A stretch of DNA of 64,000 nt from an uncultured Nitrospiraceae bacterium (GCA_963730935.1 CAVSTP010000001.1:135646-199645), one strand, 5' to 3'; positions 40,385-50,250 are shown, numbered from the stretch's first letter. Translations and numbers: made by a program. The notes: generated from the letters alone by a model not told the origin.

Positions 40385-40951
40385 GTCGTAGTCCTCGTCT
40401 CGTCAGCATTCGCAGCAATAAAGATCTGCCCTTTGTACCGAAACAAGAAGAACCCCCATGCTTCGAATCCGAGAGTCTGCCAGACGACAGCTTGACAGAA
40501 AGCGTACATGGATCGGCAGGCATTTCAGTGCTTCCAGACCCGACATCATTTACTTGACTATTGGGCTGATAATCGTCGGGATCGTGCTTTGGCTACGTCC
40601 GCGGTCGCCTCGCCGAAACACGGGGTACACTGATCAGTGAGCTACTTTTCTGGCCTCTCCTAGGACAAGGCAAAGTCCTACCCTCCAGCATCTTTGTCTG
40701 CTACCACGCCGCTACCAGGACAGGACAAACCAGTCCCATCTCCCCCCCCATGTCGGGAGCATCTTGTGTTGTGGTTTCTTGTGGGTTTAGGTTGTCTGAG
40801 GTTGGATTTCTAAAATTCCTCTAGCTTCCATGTGCAATGACTGACTGGTCATTGCCCACCAGACGAGCACTTTAACCAGCTATGGTGTTTCGTAAACACT
40901 CAGATGAGGAAATTGCTAGCATTCAAAATTGATACTTGACTAAGAAAGCTT

Positions 40952-41152
40952 TCAATCCAGGACGAATGTGACCTTCAGGTCCACACAGTACATAATAATC
41001 TTGCTATTCTCAATCACCACTTGCTGTTCCTTGACCCAGGCGCCTTTGATGTTGTGGATGGTCTTGGAAGCCCTGGCGATTCCACTCTGAATGGCATCCT
41101 CAAAGCTCTTTGGCGATTCACAGCTGATCTCGATAATCTTGGCGACGGACAT
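40952..41152 (-). CDS. Dodecin family protein
   Basis: SPKSFEDAIQSGI..KGAWVKE..LKVTFVL; GGAGG SD. Confidence 0.9.
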   Translation of the reverse strand: MSVAKIIEISCESPKSFEDAIQSGIARASKTIHNIKGAWVKEQQVVIENSKIIMYCVDLKVTFVLD

Positions 41153-41219
41153 AGCAATTCCTCCTTGTTATGCGCCCCTAATCTAAACGGAAACATCTGT
41201 CTCCTCCTAAAGAATCGGC

Positions 41220-42044
41220 GTGCGCAGATCGACAGAGACCAGGAACAAGTGTGGAATTGAACGAGTCGGATATGTGACGGCGGAACGCATCGCGGACTAT
41301 CAGCGGGCTCGTCTGGCCGAGCAGGCGAAAGCGGGGACGGTGAATCGGGAGTTGCGGATCTTGCGCCGGGCCTTTAATCTCGCGGTGAATCAGAAAAACT
41401 TGTTGAAGTCGTCCGTACCGAAATTCGTATTGTTCTCGGAAGAGGACGCCGTACGAGAGGGCTTTGTGGAAAAAGGTCAGCTGCTGGCCATCGCGTCACA
41501 TCTCGACGATGCCGACGTGCGCGATTATGTGCTGTGGGGCTTTTGGAGCGGCATGCGGAAAGGGGAAATTGCCAAGTTGAGTTGGGCAGCCTTCGATAAA
41601 GAGACCTGGACTTTGACCTTGCCCGGTCGCATCACGAAGAATAAGAAGCCCCGAAAGCTGGCGCTGGAAGGGCCGTACCGAGAGATCGTGAAGCGACGTT
41701 TGGCCGTCCGTCGGTTGGACTGCCCGCTGATCTTCCATCGCGACGGCCAGCCCATGAAGAGCTTCAGGAAGGCCTGGAAGCGGGCCTGTAGCCAGGCGGG
41801 GGTGCCCGCGTTGCTGTTCCACGATTTGCGCCGAACGAGTATCAGAAATATGATCCGGGCAGGAATAGACAGGAAAATCGCCCGTATGATCTCCGGCCAT
41901 CGGACCGAATCGATTTTCACTTGTTATGATATTACCGACGACGACCTGCGAGACGCGGTGCTCAAGATAGAGCAATACGTGTCAGGTCTGCCAGCGGTTT
42001 CCACTGTGGTGCCGTTGGAATCCGCCAAAGTGGCTCAGCCTTGA
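41220..42044 (+). CDS. Tyrosine integrase, probably 5'-truncated
   Basis: GMRKGE, TKNK, HDLRR, SGH, Y catalytic set; no convincing start and no arm-binding domain. Confidence 0.88.
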   Translation: MRRSTETRNKCGIERVGYVTAERIADYQRARLAEQAKAGTVNRELRILRRAFNLAVNQKNLLKSSVPKFVLFSEEDAVREGFVEKGQLLAIASHLDDADVRDYVLWGFWSGMRKGEIAKLSWAAFDKETWTLTLPGRITKNKKPRKLALEGPYREIVKRRLAVRRLDCPLIFHRDGQPMKSFRKAWKRACSQAGVPALLFHDLRRTSIRNMIRAGIDRKIARMISGHRTESIFTCYDITDDDLRDAVLKIEQYVSGLPAVSTVVPLESAKVAQP

Positions 42045-42613
42045 GCTGTGCGTGTTTTGTGCGTGAACTGGTTTGGAAAGACTTCAAATCGCTTCAAGTT
42101 AGAACAGGGTATTGAGTTGGAAGTCTTGGATCTTCTTGGAATGAGATGGAGCAGATGTTAGGCTGCATTTCCCTTTTAAGGCGAGGGCCCTGGGTTCGAG
42201 TCCCAGGCGGCTCACCACCTTTTTCAATAGCTTCTGCGTTTCTTCTTCCGTGGCCTTTTCTTCGGTCACGGTTTCAGTCACGGTTCCGAAGCGAGCTAGT
42301 CCCTCTACAGCCTTCCAAAGATGGGCGGGGAGTCCCACGAGGTCGCAAGTCTGAAAGCCTTGCTGCTTGCATTCCAGAGATTCACACTATATCCAGCAAC
42401 GCCCTAAGTAAATATGCTGGGAATTGGCCTATCGTGGTGCTACTTGATGGTAAACCACCAGACGCGTCGCGTAATGCCGAGAGCATCAACGGTTTCTCTT
42501 TCTATTCTGGCGTGGCCCGATCAGCGAGGCGATGAACATACTCAATGCTGAACAGTAAACTCGCCAAGTCATATTCCCTCCCATTGCTGCCAGAACAATA
42601 GCAGTCTCTCGAT

Positions 42614-42880
42614 CTATTTCCACCACTGTGCGAAGTCGCCCTCATTAACTGTGTCGGTGCAGAAGTCAATAAGAGCATTAAGGCCTAACTCAAATCCCAA
42701 GTGATTCCCATCTGCGAAGGCCCCATTCAGGACGGTCAGGCAGTCCCGAAAAATCGGCTGCTCTTCCACCAGCGTGGGAACACCCTCTATTCTCGTCATT
42801 GCTAAGTCCCATCCTCCTTCCCACTCATCGACGGTCCATCTGGTTCGCCGTTTCACGATGGTGCGCCTTTTGCTCATCAT
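42614..42880 (-). CDS. Hypothetical protein
   Basis: 88-aa ORF with AGGAGG SD. Confidence 0.65.
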   Translation of the reverse strand: MMSKRRTIVKRRTRWTVDEWEGGWDLAMTRIEGVPTLVEEQPIFRDCLTVLNGAFADGNHLGFELGLNALIDFCTDTVNEGDFAQWWK

Positions 42881-43353
42881 TTGCCTCCTGGACGAAGTGC
42901 AGGCTGGATGTGAGCTTAGTCTAGACGTTGAATATGCTTCGTCATACTGTTTTTGCTCTTTTTGTTTTTTCCACTATCCGCCTTTACATGACTGGCGTAC
43001 CGCCTGATAGCAGACACCCCTTTCCGAGGGTGGCTGCCGACGGTCTCAAGAAATATTCATGCGGCTTAAGCGTTAGCATTAAGAAGGTGTCTAAATCAGC
43101 GGCTTGCACGTTCAGGCTATGCTGATTTCTTCCGCCGGCTGTTTGGATTGTTTCCTTGGTATTTGTGATGCCTGTGGTCAACTGTTTTCCGCACGGAGAC
43201 GATTACCCGAACAATTTTGCCGCAAAAGCCTCATCTGCAAGCCCAGCTGAACAAAAGCCAGGCGGCTTAGACATTCCCCCCGCATCTCCTCCTGAAGTTA
43301 CCACCCTGTAACACAATCGCAATTCTGCAGTAACACCACACACCTATTCTCCC

Positions 43354-43548
43354 ATGCCATCTATTGGTAAGGAGGGTGCCATGCTTCTAAATTTCCTGTC
43401 AGACGAGGATAACGAACGCTCGCTGTTCAACGCCGCTGGTAATGGTGATGTGCGAGCGCAAGAGGAATTGGAACATCGATATCGCATCTTCATATGGTGC
43501 AAGAATGACCATAAAGCCCCCTCGCCATCAGGTAGGAAGGCGGCGTGA
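43354..43548 (+). CDS. Small hypothetical protein
   Basis: AGGAGG SD before ATG 43381. Confidence 0.45.
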   Translation: MPSIGKEGAMLLNFLSDEDNERSLFNAAGNGDVRAQEELEHRYRIFIWCKNDHKAPSPSGRKAA

Positions 43549-43792
43549 AAGCAACTGAATACGTTCAGGGCCCCCATCCACATGAATGAAATCCATCGAC
43601 AGTTCTGCCGGGAGTGTTGGATGGCATTGAGCGATGTATGGTACTTTTTTTGTAGAAGGGTAATACGCACACGAGCAATGCATTTGCTTCTGAAAGTGTC
43701 ATCCTCTCGGGCGAAGACCTCGTCAGGTCATCAAACGCACCAGCGACGACTCTCTTAGCCTAGTCCTTGAGTACGATAACCCCGCAAGAACC

Positions 43793-44482
43793 TCATCGCG
43801 ATTGTCCGAAGCGTCTGGCTACACGGGCAAGTAGGGCGGAGAATCGCAAGAGAAGTGTCACCGAGGCCGAAGACAAGCGGGCTGCAAAGGAACCCAGAGC
43901 CTCATTTCTTGGAGAAAAGATCATCAGCAGTGTGCAGCCTTCGTCCGTGCTCGTTTCGGCATGCACGGAACCGGCGGACGATCGATGGTAGTCACCGGGC
44001 AAGAGTGCCTGACCTTGACAGACGAAGCCGCCTTCCAAGACGAATAGTTCTTCGATTTCCGCATGCCGATGGGAGACATAGCGAAAGCCTGGCGCGAACT
44101 TCGCGAGCGCCGTGGTTCTCTGGGTGATAGGCTCCACATGCAACACCTTAAGTTGTAGGCCGGGCATGGGTTCAACCCACGTACCCTCCGACGATCGTAT
44201 TAAGGTAAAGTCAGCTTGAGTCAGAGGGGGCTCTTGATCTGTACGCTGAATCCTTTCCAGAATTTTGGCTTTGAGCGATGCCGGAGGGGTTACCGGAGGC
44301 ACCGCTTCTCCGAGCCAGGCGGCGATCGGTTGAAACGACGCCAGGTTGTCCCGTGCATGCTGAGCGGCCGCACCTTCGTCTTCGATCAGGCGCTTGAATT
44401 GGAGGTGTTCGTCCCCGTCGAGCGAGCCGAGGGCGTACAGTGCCGCCCGTTCCAATTGAGAGTCAGAGCGTTCGTCCGTCAT
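43793..44482 (-). CDS. Anti-sigma factor, ChrR-like (ASD + cupin)
   Basis: AALYALGSL..PPASLKAKIL; cupin HRH..EELFVLEG..GDY..H; ATGA-coupled to the sigma gene. Confidence 0.88.
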   Translation of the reverse strand: MTDERSDSQLERAALYALGSLDGDEHLQFKRLIEDEGAAAQHARDNLASFQPIAAWLGEAVPPVTPPASLKAKILERIQRTDQEPPLTQADFTLIRSSEGTWVEPMPGLQLKVLHVEPITQRTTALAKFAPGFRYVSHRHAEIEELFVLEGGFVCQGQALLPGDYHRSSAGSVHAETSTDEGCTLLMIFSPRNEALGSFAARLSSASVTLLLRFSALLARVARRFGQSR

Positions 44483-45063
44483 GATCCGTCCTCTGCGTAG
44501 GGAGCGAGCACATCACGCAATTTCATCATGCCTAGGCGAATTCGGGTCTTGATCGTCCCCAACGGAAGACCTAACTTCACGGAGATCTCGCTCTGACTAT
44601 ACCCATCGAAGTATGCCAGTATGAGAGACTGGCGTTGTTCGAACGGAAGAGAGGCCAATGCTTCTCGGACGATCTCGGCCCGCTGTCTCGCGGACGATTG
44701 CTCTTCAGGAGTGGCTCTGTCGGATGCCACACGCGCGATGTCTTCCATACCGGTCATGCTCGTCCGTTTCAGCTTACCCGAACGCAACTGGTCGATGGCT
44801 CGCGTCCGGGCTATCGCCACGAGCCATCCCATCGGGGTGCCGCGATTCACATCGTACCTCTGAGCCTGTTTCCAGACTTGAGCATACACGTCCATCGTCA
44901 CTTCTTCCGCGACTTGGGGGTCATTGATCATTCGGAGAATGAGACCATAGATTTGCGGGCTGGATTGGTCATAGAGCCGACTGAAGGCCTCCTGGTCCCC
45001 CCGCGCGGTCTTGGCGATCAAGTCCGGCCATTCCCGGTTTTGGTTCATCGACATGGCCAGCAT
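44479..45063 (-). CDS. ECF sigma factor (RpoE/SigK-like)
   Basis: GDQEAFSRLYD, WL..ARTRAID, LAYFDGYSQSEI..PLGTIKTR; GAGGAG SD before ATG 45063. Confidence 0.93.
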   Translation of the reverse strand: MLAMSMNQNREWPDLIAKTARGDQEAFSRLYDQSSPQIYGLILRMINDPQVAEEVTMDVYAQVWKQAQRYDVNRGTPMGWLVAIARTRAIDQLRSGKLKRTSMTGMEDIARVASDRATPEEQSSARQRAEIVREALASLPFEQRQSLILAYFDGYSQSEISVKLGLPLGTIKTRIRLGMMKLRDVLAPYAEDGS

Positions 45064-45083
45064 CGGACTTCTCCTCGACCTCA

Positions 45084-45111
45084 TACGAATGACGAGGCAA
45101 AGTTGGATTCA
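45084..45111 (-). promoter_or_regulatory. ECF autoregulatory promoter
   Basis: TGAATCC-N17-CGTA just upstream of the sigma SD, resembling RpoE/ChrR-type promoters. Confidence 0.55.
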
Positions 45112-45371
45112 TGCTCGGACAATTCTCAAGCTACGGCACTATAGCAGCGGCTTTCCAGACGGACAAGGCAAGCCTGTCCCACCACTAGCGAGACAGTACA
45201 TGGTTGACCGAACAGTTCCAGGCGCCAGAGGGGAAACACTCAATCCGTCAGGATTTCGAGCGATTCGTCAGCGATTCAAGTACAAGGACGAGAGATCGTG
45301 GACAGGATCAGGACGCGTATCCGAGGAGGGATTGTCCAGGAGGACATTGAAGGCTTAGGATGGATCAAAGA

Positions 45372-45390
45372 CGAGGGCCCTGGGTTCGAG
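45372..45390 (+). repeat. Third, partial copy of the tRNA-Lys att core
   Basis: CGAGGGCCCTGGGTTCGAG, 19 bp identical to the tRNA. Confidence 0.75.
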
Positions 45391-45426
45391 CGCCGAGTGA
45401 TCTTCTAGACCTTAGCCAGCACGACA

Positions 45427-46665
45427 TTGACCATAGCGCGGCGGACGATAAAGCCTGTACTCCTTTCGCTGTACCTTCTTTTGATGACGACTTTCCTATT
45501 GTTTTCTCTTTTTGAATTCTTTCCCTCTCTTTTGAAACTGATCAATCTCCAGAGCATCCGCTATTACGCACAGCTGGCTGAATATTTGGCAGATCCCACA
45601 CTCGTGTTTGTTCCAAGGCAGGCCAACAAAGTCGTTAGCGCCGTAGAATTCAGAGGGGATGTCTATTCCCCTGGCTTTGGTGTCGAGGTGTCGCCCGTTG
45701 ACTATCACGCGTCGTATACCGATAAGGGTTTCCGTACCAATAGCTCAAGGCCCCCCTTCGAGGTCCTTGTCATAGGGGACTCCTATGTCGAATTCGGAGA
45801 ATCGGACGATTCCACTTTGAGCGAGCTGCTCAAGCAAAAATCTGCTTTATCAACATTGAACTTGGGAAGGGCATGGTACGGGCCGCCTCAATATCTTGAA
45901 GTCTTCAAGCGGTATGGCCAAGGGACCAAGGCACAGTATGCGATTCTAGCCTTCTTTAGCGGCAATGACGCCGAAGATACGAGGCAGTACATCAGATGGC
46001 AAAGGGGTGGAGAAGGGGGCGACTATTACTCCTTCGTAGTTGGGCGAAGAAATTTCTTTATTAGATATCTTCATGCTTTTCGTGACGCATATGCGGCGAT
46101 TCGGGATTGGGGGAAGCGGCATTCCGAGGGAACATCCGAGCCGCCAAGCGTGGCTACGGCGAATGTGGAGATCTCTAAGGAGATACACCCTGATGTGGGA
46201 ATGATCAGGCTCAATGGTCGCCTTGTCCCAATGTATTTTAACTATTGGAACCAACATGCCACTTCAACGGAATTACTTGAACGCGAGGAGTGGAAAAGAA
46301 TTCGAGCGATCATTGCCGAATTCAAAGCCCTGGCGATACAAAGCCTGATGGTTCCCATCGTTGTGTTCATTCCCACTAAGCTTGAAGTGTACGGGTCACT
46401 ATTCGATCAGCATAGCGGTAGCCGATTTCTTTCAAAACTAAATGAGCAACTACAGTTTGAAATGAACACTGCCGAGTCGCTTGAAGCGGTCTGCCAAGAA
46501 CAGAGGCTACAAATTCTAAATCTGTTACCCTCCTTCAAAGCCTTAGCACGACAAGGGGAAGAACTGTACCATCCCTTTGACACGCATTGGAATCTTACGG
46601 GTCGAAGAATTGCTGCAGAACTCCTTGCGAAGTCAATCGGAGCCGCTCATCACCCCTCTCGATAA
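45427..46665 (+). CDS. SGNH hydrolase / AlgX-AlgJ-like O-acetyltransferase
   Basis: N-terminal TM, GDSY, GND, DTHW; lower GC than core. Confidence 0.82.
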   Translation: MTIARRTIKPVLLSLYLLLMTTFLLFSLFEFFPSLLKLINLQSIRYYAQLAEYLADPTLVFVPRQANKVVSAVEFRGDVYSPGFGVEVSPVDYHASYTDKGFRTNSSRPPFEVLVIGDSYVEFGESDDSTLSELLKQKSALSTLNLGRAWYGPPQYLEVFKRYGQGTKAQYAILAFFSGNDAEDTRQYIRWQRGGEGGDYYSFVVGRRNFFIRYLHAFRDAYAAIRDWGKRHSEGTSEPPSVATANVEISKEIHPDVGMIRLNGRLVPMYFNYWNQHATSTELLEREEWKRIRAIIAEFKALAIQSLMVPIVVFIPTKLEVYGSLFDQHSGSRFLSKLNEQLQFEMNTAESLEAVCQEQRLQILNLLPSFKALARQGEELYHPFDTHWNLTGRRIAAELLAKSIGAAHHPSR

Positions 46666-46764
46666 CTTCGAAATCTCCCTCTAGGCTCTGAGGAGCGCGG
46701 CGGAGGTCGAAGCTAGGGATTCCCCCAGTACCTCCGGGGCTCGCCTCGACGCAGGCTACGCAGC

Positions 46765-47619
46765 ATGGGGCGAAAACTCGAAACGGCGCATATCTCATTC
46801 GGGCTGGTCACCATCCCGGTGGGAATTTACTCCGCCATCGACGAACAAGACATTCACTTCAACCAGCTACACGCACCCTGCGGCAGCCGCATCAAACAAC
46901 AGCGGTACTGTCCCGTCTGTCAACGCGATGTGAAGTATGAAGAACTCGTGAAGGGTTATGAGATTGCGAAGGATGAATATGTCCGCATCGACCCCGAGGA
47001 ATTAGACCAGCTGCAGGCAACGGAGAGCGAGGCCATGCAGATTCTGGAATTTGTCCCGTTAAGCGCCGTCGATCCGATCTATTTCGAAAGCACCTACTAT
47101 TTGGGTCCGGAGAAGCAGGGAGAAAAAGCCTACCAGTTGTTGGCGCAAGCCATGGAGGAGATGGAGCGGGTGGCTTTGGCCAAGTATGTCTGGCGTGGCA
47201 AGGAAAGTTTACACATCATCCGCTCGAACGGCGGACGCTTGCTCCTGCACCGGATGTACTATCAGGACGAGATCAGGCCGTTTGAAGAATTGCCCAAGAG
47301 CGATCAACAAGCTGCCGCTGCAGAGTTGAAGCTGGCTACGCAACTCATCGAGTCGATCTCCAGCGACACATTTGATGCGGGCGCTTATCGGGACGAGTAT
47401 CGTCAACGAGTGCTCGAGCTGATTGAAGAGAAATCGAAAGGAAAAACCATCAGCTTGACCCCGAAAGCCGCCGTGCGTCCGACGGATGTTGTGGATCTGA
47501 TGCAGCGGCTCAAGGAGAGTCTGGCGCAAAATGCACAGAGGAAAAGCGCCCGCTCTCGAGCGCTGCCCGCTCAACCGGCTCGCGAGTCCGCAAAGAGAGC
47601 GTCTTCCGGGAGACGATGA
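46765..47619 (+). CDS. ku: Non-homologous end-joining protein Ku
   Basis: ISFGLVTIPV, FNQLH, VKGYE, YFESTYYL, YRDEY, VVDLM. Confidence 0.95.
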   Translation: MGRKLETAHISFGLVTIPVGIYSAIDEQDIHFNQLHAPCGSRIKQQRYCPVCQRDVKYEELVKGYEIAKDEYVRIDPEELDQLQATESEAMQILEFVPLSAVDPIYFESTYYLGPEKQGEKAYQLLAQAMEEMERVALAKYVWRGKESLHIIRSNGGRLLLHRMYYQDEIRPFEELPKSDQQAAAAELKLATQLIESISSDTFDAGAYRDEYRQRVLELIEEKSKGKTISLTPKAAVRPTDVVDLMQRLKESLAQNAQRKSARSRALPAQPARESAKRASSGRR

Positions 47620-48431
47620 CCGGCGAATATTCCTCAGCCGACCTCCGCCGCATTCTTCGCCTCGATGGATCCAAGCTGCGAGCCTGTCTTCGCGCCGCTC
47701 TGCTGCCTATTCCCCAAGAAGAGTCCTCCTGCACCTACTCGTTCCAGAACCTGGTGATCCTGCGCACCGCAAAAGGACTGACTGAGGCAGGCGTTTCGGT
47801 TGCCAAGATACGAAAGGTCCTCGAATGTCTGGAGCGGCAACTGGGGGAGGAGACCGCCATCTCAAGCCTGAAAATCTATGCGTCAGGGAAACGGGTGGTC
47901 GTATGGGATGGCGCCTCGCGCTGGCAACCCGATTCGGGGCAATTTCTCCTGAACTTTGAAATGGGACAGATGCTTCCTCCACGGCCACTGACGGCTCGCA
48001 CGGCGGTGCGACAGAGCGACCGTGAGACGGCGCAACGATGGTATCAACGGGCGGTGGCCTTGCAGGACAATTCCCCGGAGGAAGCCCGTCACGCGTATCA
48101 AGAAGCGATCCGCTTACATCCTGCCTTGACCGATGCCCACGTCAATCTAGGACTTCTACATCACAACCTTGGCAACCTGGCCGACGCGGAAGTTTGTTAC
48201 CGGCGTGCCCTGGAGTACGAGCCGAAACTCTCGCTCGCGCATTTCAACCTTGGCGTTGTTCTTGAGGATCAGCAGAAGAAGAGTGCGGCCATCTCGTCAT
48301 ATCAGGAAGCCCTCAAACATGCTCCCGATTTTCTTGAGGCGCATTGTAATTTGGCTCAATTGTACGAAAAGCTCGGTCGCAAGCGAGACGCCTTTCGGCA
48401 CTATGCTGCGGCTAATCGGCTGAGCGGCTGA
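47616..48431 (+). CDS. MerR-like HTH + TPR protein
   Basis: YSFQNLVILRTAKGL, SGQFLLNF, 3-4 TPRs; ATGA overlap with ku. Confidence 0.85.
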   Translation: MTGEYSSADLRRILRLDGSKLRACLRAALLPIPQEESSCTYSFQNLVILRTAKGLTEAGVSVAKIRKVLECLERQLGEETAISSLKIYASGKRVVVWDGASRWQPDSGQFLLNFEMGQMLPPRPLTARTAVRQSDRETAQRWYQRAVALQDNSPEEARHAYQEAIRLHPALTDAHVNLGLLHHNLGNLADAEVCYRRALEYEPKLSLAHFNLGVVLEDQQKKSAAISSYQEALKHAPDFLEAHCNLAQLYEKLGRKRDAFRHYAAANRLSG

Positions 48432-48663
48432 ATTCGGCGTGACGACTAGACCTCATGGGATGAGGCGGCCGCTTCGAAGTGACAAGTCACCCTAAAGCGG
48501 TAGAGATCTCCTGCCGTTACTTTGCCTAGCCGAGCTCCAAACTCTTTCCCTCTGCAATTCTTTCTACTGATGAAATCCCTAGGTTCGATCTCACCCACCA
48601 TCGTTCTTCGCCAGCCTAATCCTCTGGCACATGACTGGAAGAATTTTCTTTGTGAATTGGGGC

Positions 48664-48692
48664 TTGACGGGGTTCCCCTGACGAACTACACT
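48664..48692 (+). promoter_or_regulatory. Sigma70-type promoter for MarR gene
   Basis: TTGACG-N17-TACACT. Confidence 0.6.
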
Positions 48693-48719
48693 CGATTAAG
48701 AGCATTTAAAGGGGCTGCC

Positions 48720-49415
48720 ATGGCCGAACTATGGGTTTTGAACCAACCGTCGGAGCCGGTGCCGAAAGAGCGCCTTCCGATGCCTGTGCAAGTGGCCGCA
48801 GGATTAGAGAAAATCAGTCTGGCCATGAAAAGCCGGACCTGGCGTCGTGAAGGACAGGCCGGTCTCGGTCCTCTGCAACGGCAAGTGCTGACCCTCCTTC
48901 GTGGCAGGCCCGACCAGAGCGCGCAAGTCTCTGCAATCGCGAAAGAGTTGGTCGTCCGTCTTCCCACCGCTTCCGAGGCTGTGGCGACGCTTGAACGGAA
49001 ACGGTTGGTGAAGCGGTACCGTTCGCATCGTGACGGCCGGATCGTCACCGTAGAACTGACGACGAAGGGTGCACGGGCTTGTGCGCCGGCTGTCGGGATT
49101 CCGAACCAACTGGCCGCTGCGGCGAGCGCCTTGACCTCGACGGAGCAGGTGGCCTTTTTAAAAGGGCTGATGAAGGTGATCCGGACCCTGCAGCAGCAGG
49201 GGGAAATCTCGGTGGCACGTATGTGCGTGTCCTGCCGGTTTTTCCGCCCTCATCAGCATGAGGATGCGTCCCAGCCGCATCATTGCGACTATATCAACGC
49301 CCCGATCGGGGACCAGGCGCTACGGTTGGATTGCCCCGAATATGAAATGGCTTCCGTCTCCCAAGCCAAGGAATCGTGGGAGCGCTTCAACAACGGGCGA
49401 CAGGGCATCGGGTAA
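48720..49415 (+). CDS. MarR regulator with C-terminal Cys/His metal-binding motif
   Basis: wHTH (PTASEAVATLERK, DGR), CVSCRFF..HHC..DCPE. Confidence 0.88.
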   Translation: MAELWVLNQPSEPVPKERLPMPVQVAAGLEKISLAMKSRTWRREGQAGLGPLQRQVLTLLRGRPDQSAQVSAIAKELVVRLPTASEAVATLERKRLVKRYRSHRDGRIVTVELTTKGARACAPAVGIPNQLAAAASALTSTEQVAFLKGLMKVIRTLQQQGEISVARMCVSCRFFRPHQHEDASQPHHCDYINAPIGDQALRLDCPEYEMASVSQAKESWERFNNGRQGIG

Positions 49416-49424
49416 TCGGGGGCG

Positions 49425-49685
49425 TTGAAGACGATACGAACGATGGCGCACTCATTGAAAAAGGACTCAGGCATGAAAAGTTTTCCATGGACACCATCTG
49501 CTCCTGCCGAGGAATGGCTCGGCGCTGAATCACACATGCCGAACCTCAAGCAGGAGCTTCGCAAGCAAAATCATCAGGGATGGGACACCTCTGAACTCGT
49601 CGTGGCTGGCGCGCTGTTCACCACCGGGCTGACGTTGGGAAGTCTTGCCGCCTTATGGTTGACGCGCTTGCGTCGGACCGGCTAA
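49425..49685 (+). CDS. Small protein with C-terminal TM helix
   Basis: ORF following MarR, start uncertain. Confidence 0.4.
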   Translation: MKTIRTMAHSLKKDSGMKSFPWTPSAPAEEWLGAESHMPNLKQELRKQNHQGWDTSELVVAGALFTTGLTLGSLAALWLTRLRRTG

Positions 49686-49698
49686 CGCTACTTCAGCC

Positions 49699-50250
49699 TC
49701 ACTTCTTCCCGTACAACGCCGCATCTTCTTCGATTTGCATGAACAAGTCGTCGAGCGCTTCTTGCACGGCTGTGCTGATCGGATTTTGGTCTGATGCGGT
49801 CACCCACCGGACGCGTGAACCGACCGCTTCTTTCTGGACGACGTAGGACTTCACCGGTTGTTTTCCGGTCGGTCCCAGTTCCGACTCGAGGTGGACGGTA
49901 TAACGGTAGGCTTCCCGCGAGCGCACCCACAACCAACCCTTGATTGTCAGCGTGAGGGAGCCCTGATCTTCGCCGGCTGCGCGGAAGGTGCCGCGCTGCC
50001 GAGCATACTCCACAATCGCCCGGCGCAGATCGGCAGTGGGCCACTCCAACAGGCCGATACCCGGCATTCTGTCCGGTCCCTGCAGCGCGAGAAGCGGGAC
50101 CGCGACACGAAGCGTCTGATCAATGGCGGCCGACGTCGCGGCTGAAGCGACCGGCGTGACGTGGATCTTGTGGGTGCAGGCTTCGAGATTCAGAAGGCAC
50201 CAGGCGCAGAGAAGGCTCGGCGCAAGGCGTCTGCTCTGCCGACCGTTCAC
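49699..50250 (-). CDS. Lipoprotein
   Basis: Lipobox LEAC; overlaps the upstream stop. Confidence 0.75.
   Translation of the reverse strand: MNGRQSRRLAPSLLCAWCLLNLEACTHKIHVTPVASAATSAAIDQTLRVAVPLLALQGPDRMPGIGLLEWPTADLRRAIVEYARQRGTFRAAGEDQGSLTLTIKGWLWVRSREAYRYTVHLESELGPTGKQPVKSYVVQKEAVGSRVRWVTASDQNPISTAVQEALDDLFMQIEEDAALYGKK

Larger units (their letters stand above)
32893..42219. mobile_element. Genomic island integrated at tRNA-Lys
   Basis: Perfect 49-bp direct repeat at 32893-32941 and 42171-42219 (3' half of the tRNA); tyrosine integrase next to the right copy. Confidence 0.92.

Noticed and set aside
42171..42219. Second tRNA-Lys gene
   Set aside because: Only the 3' half is present; it is an att duplication
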